Program-made: the position numbers and the translations under genes
Shown here: in pieces, positions 25,444-32,000 of the stretch
Layout of the letters: each line of letters opens with the position of its first letter
How positions within the stretch are numbered: position 1 is the first letter of the stretch
Assembly (NCBI GenBank): GCA_048886185.1
Contig: JBHLKY010000017.1
Location: 70,659-102,658 of the forward strand
Reading direction: 5' to 3'
Length of the DNA: 32,000 bases
Source of the DNA: Candidatus Hermodarchaeota archaeon
GTDB taxonomy: Archaea; Asgardarchaeota; Heimdallarchaeia; Hodarchaeales; Hodarchaeaceae
The notes under the pieces: model-generated
Told to the model about the DNA's origin: nothing
The model's database searches: none
Seen by the model: the letters and a program-made list of their open reading frames with translations, nothing else

Positions 25444-27015
25444 TTAGCGATGATTTTTTTTCTTAATAATCATCATTATACCAAAAAAAATGCATAAAAT
25501 AACAATTTGGGGGTAATTTGTAGTTGTAGATCTTGTCATTATTGAAGTAGTTGTTGAGGTAGTTGATGGTGGATTTGTTGATGAAACAGTGCTAACCTTC
25601 GATGTTTCAGGAGTTGTTGATGAAACTGTGCTAACCTTCGATGTTTCAGAAGTTGTTGTTATGGAATCCTGAAGAATTCCCCGTGCATAAAAAATATCCA
25701 TTTCATTGTAACGACCATCAGACCAAACGACATGAGGTACATTTTCTGAATCAAATCGAATGGCCATATATTCTCCTGGACGGGTAAACACTGACGATGT
25801 GGGCGAACTTGCGATAGCGAGAGGGTCAGAAAAAATTGGTAAACCAGTTAGATTATCTGCAAATTCAACCATTCGATAATAGGGCTTAAAGAATTCTTCT
25901 CCAGCCTCTTCTTTCATGTCATAATAGATGATGTGACACCTCCCAAGGGAATCAATTGTCATTTCAGGGTTCCATTGGTCAAGTGCTCCTTCTGGATTTA
26001 CTTGATAGCGTGGACTCCAGTTTTGCCCATAATCATCTGAATATTTTATATAACAGTCCCATGCTGCGCCAATTTCATATATTTCAGCCCATAATACGTA
26101 AAGACGGTCGTTTTGGTCAAAGCGAATAACTGGTAATGTAACTCTGTACGGAATATTAGCTGTAGCGTTTTCACTTTCAGAATTGATATCTATAAAGTCA
26201 GAAAATGTCACTCCCTGATCAGAAGACTTGACGAGATATACATCCCCCCAATTCCCATCTGTAAAGAATAACCAAGCAACATACACATTATTGTTGCTAT
26301 CACATGCCACATAAGGCGCTATATGATCATCTGGGAAATTAACACTATCAGCTATTATATTCACTTCATCGTAACTCACTCCACCATCTGTTGAGCGAGT
26401 TAAACGAACAAACACTTCATAATTATCATCTGTAAGATTTAAGTCATCATACACAACATAAATGGTACCATCGCTACTAACTGTCATAGTTTCCTTATCT
26501 GCAACTCCAATACCATCACTAGCTTTAACAGGTATCCATGTTTGTCCATAATCTAAACTTCTAGCTACAGTTATCTGGGATAAAATCGTATTATTAGGAA
26601 GGTAATTCATACTGTACTCTAAATAAGCATAATAGAGTGTTTCCGAGGATTCATCCCAGACCATCCAAGGATCACTTTGCCCCGTGTTTAGCCCTTCAAA
26701 GTTAGGCATATAGAATGGAGGAGTCCATGAAAATCCACCATCCACTGATTTAGAAAAGCTTACTCGTACACCACCGCCATCATGTGAGAAAGCATCCTTC
26801 CATCCAGCAAAAATAGTTCCATTTGCAGAAATGGCAAGAGTTGGTTCTACATGATGTGTGTAGGGAATATCTGTGATAGAGAGAATTTTATGCCTCGAAA
26901 AACTTTCTACCTGGAATGATTCGTTCATAAGTTTTCCCATAAGCTCAAGAAAGTTGAAGCTACTAAGAATCAAGAAGAAGAAGAAGAAGAAGGGTAATAA
27001 ATTCGTTTTCTTCAT
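25444..27015 (-). CDS. BNR/Asp-box beta-propeller (sialidase-fold-like) surface protein, copy A
   Basis: Five Asp-boxes (SKSVDGGFSW, ARSLDYGQTW, TRSTDGGVSY, VKSSDQGVTF, KYSDDYGQNW), a signal peptide, a Ser/Thr linker and a YPQI-TM-KKK tail. Confidence 0.85.
   Translation of the reverse strand: MKKTNLLPFFFFFFLILSSFNFLELMGKLMNESFQVESFSRHKILSITDIPYTHHVEPTLAISANGTIFAGWKDAFSHDGGGVRVSFSKSVDGGFSWTPPFYMPNFEGLNTGQSDPWMVWDESSETLYYAYLEYSMNYLPNNTILSQITVARSLDYGQTWIPVKASDGIGVADKETMTVSSDGTIYVVYDDLNLTDDNYEVFVRLTRSTDGGVSYDEVNIIADSVNFPDDHIAPYVACDSNNNVYVAWLFFTDGNWGDVYLVKSSDQGVTFSDFIDINSESENATANIPYRVTLPVIRFDQNDRLYVLWAEIYEIGAAWDCYIKYSDDYGQNWSPRYQVNPEGALDQWNPEMTIDSLGRCHIIYYDMKEEAGEEFFKPYYRMVEFADNLTGLPIFSDPLAIASSPTSSVFTRPGEYMAIRFDSENVPHVVWSDGRYNEMDIFYARGILQDSITTTSETSKVSTVSSTTPETSKVSTVSSTNPPSTTSTTTSIMTRSTTTNYPQIVILCIFFGIMMIIKKKNHR
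25575..25652. repeat. 2 x 39-bp tandem repeat in the Ser/Thr linker of BNR copy A
   Basis: TTGTTGATGAAACAGTGCTAACCTTCGATGTTTCAGGAG versus TTGTTGATGAAACTGTGCTAACCTTCGATGTTTCAGAAG, two mismatches. It accounts for the 13-aa length difference from copy B (523 vs 510 aa). Confidence 0.92.
26972..26992. repeat. (AAG)7 microsatellite encoding a poly-Phe run in the signal peptide of BNR copy A
   Basis: Seven AAG units on the plus strand give six consecutive TTC codons (PFFFFFFL). The run is absent from copy B. Confidence 0.85.
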
Positions 27016-27152
27016 TATTCACAACCAATGAATTGTTTTTTTACAGAGGTTCATATATTAGTTTAGATTAATGCACTAAAAGTAATTTCAAACTGTACAT
27101 AGACTCTATCAATATCACAATGGTTTTATTATGTGCTAGTTTCTGAATACCA

Positions 27153-27396
27153 ATGAAAACAACAGATCACAGTCTTGAAAATGAGTTAGAAAAAGTAATT
27201 AAATGTCTTTTTACGCTTTTTAATAGCAAAGAAGTGAATAATTACCAAGCACTATTCTATCAAAATGCTTCCTTTGTAAATATTGACAATAACAACGAAT
27301 TAATAATGCGAATGCTTGATGAATTCAGTAAATCAACCATTGAAACAATAAAAGAACATAATATTGACGCTGATTAGTCTTAAACAACATTAATTC
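27153..27396 (+). pseudogene. Truncated NTF2/SnoaL-like (lumazine-binding-like) gene, copy A
   Basis: ATG intact. A 1-nt deletion relative to copy B (GACGCTGATTAG vs GACGTTAGATTAG) brings TAG in frame at 27375-27377, and homology is lost after about 27396. Confidence 0.75.
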
Positions 27397-27622
27397 TGGG
27401 TCTGTTCTAGAGCCAGTAGCAACGATATCCTCAATACCCACTGGAGGGACAGTTCCTTCTTAATATTTGCATTGGGTATCCTTTTTACAGTTATTTGTCA
27501 ACTTAATTTTTATCATCGTGTGTCTATAGTTAGTATCAAGCTTTACGTTTTAATCGCGATATGGTTAGTCATAATCTTGGGTACAATTGTTTATTATGTG
27601 CTTTAGGAGGGGACAGAGACGA

Positions 27623-29155
27623 TTAGCGATGATTTTTTTTCCTAATAATTGTCATTATTCCAATAAAAATGCATAAAATACCAATTTGGGGGTAATTTGC
27701 AGTTGTAGATCTTGTCATTAATAAAGTAGTTATTGAGGTAGTTGATGGTGGAGTCGTTGATGAAACTATGCTAACCTTCGATGTTTCAGGAGTTGTTGTT
27801 ATGGAATCCTCAAGAATTCCCCGTGCATAATAAATGTCCATTTCATTGTAACGACCATCAGACCAAACGACATGAGGAATATTCTCTGAATCAAATCGAA
27901 TGGCCATATATTCTCCTGGACGAGTGAACACTGACGATGTGGGCGAACTTGCGATAGCGAGAGGGGCAGAAAAAATTGGTGAACCAGTTAGATTATCTGC
28001 AAACTCAACCATTCGATAATAGGGTTTAAAGAATTCTTCTCCAGCCTCTTCTTTCATGTCATAATAGACAATGTGACACCTCCCAAGGGAATCTATTGTC
28101 ATTTCAGGGTGCCATTGGTCAAGCGCTCCCTCTGGATTTACTTGATAACGTGGACTCCAAGTTTGCCCATAATCATCTGAATATTTTATATAACAGTCCC
28201 ATGCTGCGCCAATTTCATATTTCTCAGCCCAGAGAACATAAAGACGGTCGTTTTGGTCAAAGCGAATAACAGGCAATGTAGCTCTAGATGGACCACTAAG
28301 ATTAGCTGTAGCGTTTTCACTTTCAGAATTGATATCTATAAAGTCAGAAAATGTCACTCCCTGATCAGAAGACTTGACGAGATATATATCTCCCCAATTT
28401 CTATCTGTAAAGAATAACCAAGCAACATACACATTATTGTTGCTATCACACGCCACATAAGGCGCCATATGATCATCTGGTACAGTGACACTATCGGCTA
28501 TTACACTCACTTCTTCGTAGCTTACCCCACCATCTGTTGAGCGAGTTAAACGAACAAACACTTCATAATTAACATCTGTAAAATTAAAGTCATCATATAC
28601 AACATAAATGGTACCATCGCTACTAACTGTCATAGTTTCCTTATCTGCCAACCCAACACCATTAGTAGCCTTAACAGGGGTCCATGTTTGTCCATAATCT
28701 AAACTTCTAGCTGCTGTTATTTGGGATAACCCGGTATAGTTTTGAAAATAATCGAGCTCATATTCCAGATAGGCATAGTAAAGTGTTTCTGAGCATTCAT
28801 CCCAAACTATCCAAGGATCACTTTGTCCAGTGTTCAGGCCTTCAAAGTTTGGCATATAGAATGGAGGAGTCCAAGAATACCCTCCATCCACTGATTTGGA
28901 AAAGCTTACTCGTACACCAGCGCTATCATGAGAGAAGGCATCCTTCCATCCAGCAAAAATAGTTCCATTAGCAGAAATTACGAGGGTAGGCTCTACATGA
29001 TGAGGGTAGGGAGAATCAGCAATTGAGAGAAGCAAATTTTCAGAGAAAGATTCTACATTGAATGAATCATCCAAAAGTACTCCACTAGGTTGGGAGGTAG
29101 TTAAGCTAGTTAAAATCAAGAACAAAAATAAGGGGATTATTTTCGTTTTCCTCAT
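27623..29155 (-). CDS. BNR/Asp-box beta-propeller (sialidase-fold-like) surface protein, copy B
   Basis: Same five Asp-boxes as copy A, signal peptide MRKTKIIPLFLFLIL and a YPQI-TM-RKK tail. Confidence 0.85.
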   Translation of the reverse strand: MRKTKIIPLFLFLILTSLTTSQPSGVLLDDSFNVESFSENLLLSIADSPYPHHVEPTLVISANGTIFAGWKDAFSHDSAGVRVSFSKSVDGGYSWTPPFYMPNFEGLNTGQSDPWIVWDECSETLYYAYLEYELDYFQNYTGLSQITAARSLDYGQTWTPVKATNGVGLADKETMTVSSDGTIYVVYDDFNFTDVNYEVFVRLTRSTDGGVSYEEVSVIADSVTVPDDHMAPYVACDSNNNVYVAWLFFTDRNWGDIYLVKSSDQGVTFSDFIDINSESENATANLSGPSRATLPVIRFDQNDRLYVLWAEKYEIGAAWDCYIKYSDDYGQTWSPRYQVNPEGALDQWHPEMTIDSLGRCHIVYYDMKEEAGEEFFKPYYRMVEFADNLTGSPIFSAPLAIASSPTSSVFTRPGEYMAIRFDSENIPHVVWSDGRYNEMDIYYARGILEDSITTTPETSKVSIVSSTTPPSTTSITTLLMTRSTTANYPQIGILCIFIGIMTIIRKKNHR

Positions 29156-29303
29156 TATTCAACACTAATGAAGATTATAAGGTGAAAATTTTAACACAGA
29201 GTTGTTTATATCAGTTTGGACTAATGCAATCTTAATGACTTTAATCGCTACAAAAACTCTACAAGCATCATAATTGTTTTATGTGTGGGATTTTCTAAAG
29301 ACC

Positions 29304-29717
29304 CTGAAAACAACAGATCAACACCGTAAAAGTGAGATAAAACAGATAATTGAAAGTCTTTCTAACCTCTTTAATAGCAGAGAAGTGAATAATTACCAAG
29401 CACTATTCCATCTGAAAGCTTCTTTTGTTAAAACTGGCAATAATAACTAATTAATAATGCGAATGCTTGACGAATTCATTAAATCAACAATTGAAACAAT
29501 AAGAGAACATAACATTGACGTTAGATTAGTCTTAAACAACATTAATTCATTAAATATATGTGATAAAGTCGTTGCTGCCGTAGAAATCGATTATTAAATG
29601 ATTATACCTGAATCAATTGGAACCCATAAGGAATTAATCCACTTAGCCAAAGATCAAGATGATTGGACTATAGTAAGTTGGACAGATAGGGATTTAGAGA
29701 AGGAAAAACCTTCTTAA
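29304..29717 (+). pseudogene. Full-length NTF2/SnoaL-like (lumazine-binding-like) pseudogene, copy B
   Basis: Single frame of 137 codons: LKTTDQHRKSEIKQIIESLSNLFNSREVNNYQALFHLKASFVKTGNNN*LIMRMLDEFIKSTIETIREHNIDVRLVLNNINSLNICDKVVAAVEIDY*MIIPESIGTHKELIHLAKDQDDWTIVSWTDRDLEKEKPS. Start is CTG where copy A has ATG. TAA at 29448-29450 (GAA in copy A) and at 29595-29597. Confidence 0.8.
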
Positions 29718-29786
29718 CCTCATAATGTACAAACTTTAGATGTATCAACTCAATGCTTATTATCAGTCAAATGGATCACTATCAAG

Positions 29787-30386
29787 ATGACTCTCAAGAA
29801 TTATTCAAATATTTTTGAAGCATTAGACAATGAGCGCCGACTAGAATTATATGACTATATTCTAAAGAAAATTTTCATTTCTAAGAGTGAATTAGCCAAG
29901 AGGTTTGAGCTCAGTAGAGCAAGCTTGAACCACCACCTAAATATCATGTTAAAAGCTGGTTTAATATATGAACGAGGCCTCATTCTTGATGGACGAAAAC
30001 AATTTTTTATCATTCCAGCGGTAACGCTCCATCCAAAACAGCTTATTCAACAAAGAGAAGAATATCAAAATCTAGTTACGCAATTGGATGAATGGACAAA
30101 AAGAAACCTAACCATTGACACTTGGAGAATCCTAAAGAATGAACTTAATAGACAAGACATTCCCAAATCAGTTGTGACTGCAGTAGAAATACGTTTATTT
30201 CCAACCTTAGGAAAAAAAGCACCAACTACCTTTGAATATTGTTATATCTGTCGTACAGAAGAAGCACGAATATCGTGTTATACGTGTAAAAACTTAATCT
30301 GTCAGACTCACGAACATCAGATTAAACGCGAGGGGGAAGAAAAGATAATATTATGTCCAAATTGCGTGGAAAAGTTCTTTGGTTAA
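29787..30386 (+). CDS. ArsR-like wHTH regulator fused to a C-terminal two-zinc (B-box-like) finger
   Basis: FEALDNERRLELYDYI...SKSELAKRFELSRASLNHHLNIMLKAGLI. C-terminal C-x2-C-x8-C-x2-C-x4-C-x2-H-x14-C-x2-C. Confidence 0.8.
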   Translation: MTLKNYSNIFEALDNERRLELYDYILKKIFISKSELAKRFELSRASLNHHLNIMLKAGLIYERGLILDGRKQFFIIPAVTLHPKQLIQQREEYQNLVTQLDEWTKRNLTIDTWRILKNELNRQDIPKSVVTAVEIRLFPTLGKKAPTTFEYCYICRTEEARISCYTCKNLICQTHEHQIKREGEEKIILCPNCVEKFFG

Positions 30387-30408
30387 GATAGGACATCTAG
30401 CGGGAAAA

Positions 30409-31353
30409 CTAGTAATCTACAGATAACCACTTTTCAATATATTCATAGGATTCATGGCTTTGAGGGTCGTGGATTAACTGATCGTGATCTTTTTGTAAAA
30501 TGATCCGAGCCACAGGCTGGAAAGGCAAACCGATGGCCAAAGCACTTTCACAATCAACAATGCCATCACAGGGAACACCTCCGAAAATAATCTCTTGAAA
30601 GGAAAATACTAGAGGGTGTAACGAAACCCCCGCAACAAAATACCAATCGATACCTCTCATATAGGTACTTGGATTTTCATTAAGTTGATTAAGAAAGGAG
30701 CTACCTGGAGTAATTGATTCTGCTATTAAGGTCTTACTATCGAGTCCGATAAGCCACAAGAGCTGCCGAATTAAAGGGTGATTCAACATCACTGTTCCAA
30801 AATGAGGGGTTCCCAGAGTTATAACCCTCACAACAACGATCCCCACTTGTTCTAATTTCTGACGATAAAGTCGTAACATTTCCCTAACAATTAATCCTCC
30901 AAGACTATGGGCTACAATACTAATTTGAGTCGCAGAACCATGAGTTCGACAAAGCTGTTCAAAAAAATCACCAGCATAAGTGGAAATACCTCCTTCAATA
31001 TTATGAATCTGAGTTTTTGTTATTTGAAGAGCTGAATATTTCTCATAATAATTAAAGAAGAGAGGGGTGATATTTATATTAGGAAAGCGATTGAAATAAT
31101 CAGTACTATTAAGGTACTTAATCATATCATGAAATTGAGAATCATTACCATTATAACCATGCACAAAGTACACAGAAGATCCAACTAAATCAGTTCCTGA
31201 ACCGATAGAAACAGTATAGTACGGAATTTTAGATAGTGAATAAAAAACTGCAAAAAACCACATATTTATAAAGAAAAAGGGTATGAATACTATTAAATAT
31301 CTTTTATTTTGAAAAAAAACTTTGAGGAGGAATTTTTTCATTGTTTGCGTCAT
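30409..31353 (-). CDS. Membrane-anchored lipase/esterase, alpha/beta hydrolase (PGAP1-like/DUF676-like)
   Basis: N-terminal TM, FVHGYNG, nucleophile AHSLGG, ITLGTPHFGT, CDGIV and KDHDQL. Confidence 0.85.
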   Translation of the reverse strand: MTQTMKKFLLKVFFQNKRYLIVFIPFFFINMWFFAVFYSLSKIPYYTVSIGSGTDLVGSSVYFVHGYNGNDSQFHDMIKYLNSTDYFNRFPNINITPLFFNYYEKYSALQITKTQIHNIEGGISTYAGDFFEQLCRTHGSATQISIVAHSLGGLIVREMLRLYRQKLEQVGIVVVRVITLGTPHFGTVMLNHPLIRQLLWLIGLDSKTLIAESITPGSSFLNQLNENPSTYMRGIDWYFVAGVSLHPLVFSFQEIIFGGVPCDGIVDCESALAIGLPFQPVARIILQKDHDQLIHDPQSHESYEYIEKWLSVDY

Positions 31354-31589
31354 TTGTGCAAATGATCTCTTATAAATTTAACCATCGAGGAAGTTCTCTC
31401 TTGTGAAAATACTTGATTAGTAGCCTCTAATTAAAAATTATATCTTAAGAAAAACCTCCCGATTTTCAGAAGTAAATAGCTTCTGAGAAACGCCTCAGAG
31501 AAGTGATTTCCTGTTATGGATTCTTCAAGCAATAAGAAATTCTGTTTTTAGTTTAAGTCATCATTATAACCTATTTTTAATATCAAGAT

Positions 31590-32000
31590 TTAGTTTTTAT
31601 TCCAAACATATACAGCATAGGTTCTATGTATTTCAAATCCAAGATTTTTATAGAGGTTAAAAGCAATAGTGTTTTTCTTTGTCACATCTAAGTCAATGGC
31701 TTTAGTTTTCGGTTCTTGTTCTAAGAACCATTTCAGGCTTCTTATGAAAAGCTTCTTACCCAATCCCTTACCTTTATATTCCTTTTTAAGCGCGAAATCT
31801 GGAATATAACCGTTTCCTTGGTTCAATACTGTCATAAAACAAACACCTATAGGTGTATCATCATATCTAAGGATGCTAGTGTTACTAGGGGTGAACTTAC
31901 CCCACCGGTGACTTTCTAGGTTTCGCATGAATGATAGACCAGTAGTTTGATTCCTGAAAAAACTGAAAATTTTGTTGTCTATCGATCCAACGTGAGCATC
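31590..32000 (-). CDS. GNAT family N-acetyltransferase (3' part; ORF stays open to the window end)
   Basis: FALKKEYKGKGLGKKL (motif A), LDVTKKNTIAFNLYKNLGF (motif B). No in-frame stop between 31928 and 32000 (DAHVGSIDNKIFSFFRNQTTGLSF-MRN...). Confidence 0.88.
   Translation of the reverse strand, partial: DAHVGSIDNKIFSFFRNQTTGLSFMRNLESHRWGKFTPSNTSILRYDDTPIGVCFMTVLNQGNGYIPDFALKKEYKGKGLGKKLFIRSLKWFLEQEPKTKAIDLDVTKKNTIAFNLYKNLGFEIHRTYAVYVWNKN

Larger units (their letters stand above)
25386..29548. repeat. Tandem direct duplication of a ~2 kb unit (A about 25386-27396; B about 27565-29548)
   Basis: Both units start with TTAGTCATAAT...CAATTGTTTATTATGTGCTTTAGGAGGGG, contain paralogous BNR genes, and share intergenic and NTF2-like sequence ending TTAAACAACATTAATTC. 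A ~170-bp unique junction separates them. Confidence 0.92.

Noticed and set aside
25444-29155. Calling the BNR proteins true sialidases
   Set aside because: Asp-boxes are present, but I found no (F/Y)RIP motif or clear arginine triad, so only the fold is supported.
29304-29717. Alternative genetic code or TAA read-through to explain two in-frame stops without a frameshift
   Set aside because: TAA terminates many intact genes in this window, and the paralogue shows GAA at the first site and ATG at the start, so point-mutation decay is simpler.
30409-31353. Interpreting the PGAP1-like lipase as a GPI inositol deacylase (eukaryotic signature)
   Set aside because: The motifs are generic for prokaryotic lipases/esterases, and the large C-terminal multi-TM region of eukaryotic PGAP1 is absent.
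1-32000. CRISPR arrays, tRNA/rRNA genes, IS elements, integrases, selenoprotein UGA codons
   Set aside because: No regularly spaced repeats, cloverleaf or GC-rich structured tracts, transposase or integrase motifs, or TGA codons interrupting a recognisable domain were seen by eye. A tRNAscan/Infernal run would be needed to exclude small RNAs.

Overview
AT-rich archaeal chromosomal window, most likely from an Asgard archaeon (Heimdallarchaeia/Hodarchaeales-like). This assignment is inferred from TATA-type promoters, a longin plus roadblock-like protein, five winged-helix regulators, LVIVD proteins and PGF-CTERM-like anchors; no marker gene is present. About 30 CDSs and several gene remnants were found. 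I saw no rRNA, tRNA, CRISPR array or transposase. Housekeeping-type genes: HisJ-family PHP phosphatase, DUF362, GH20 hexosaminidase, S9 peptidase, ArsC, HAD, ATC-hydrolase family, alpha/beta hydrolases and GNATs. Main points of interest: (i) six predicted surface proteins share a variant C-terminal sorting tail, including a wHTH-serine hydrolase-LVIVD-LVIVD operon whose hydrolase has a 63-70 codon N-terminal extension with no ATG/GTG/TTG; (ii) a CPBP (Rce1/Abi) membrane protease homologue lacks its catalytic residues; (iii) a two-domain metallophosphoesterase has a degenerate second domain; (iv) a ~2 kb tandem duplication carries two intact BNR/Asp-box surface proteins and two differently broken NTF2-like pseudogenes, plus a promoter-like motif pointing antisense into both BNR genes; (v) a longin plus roadblock-like protein and a wHTH fused to a B-box-like zinc finger. 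All calls come from motif recognition by eye, with no database searches.
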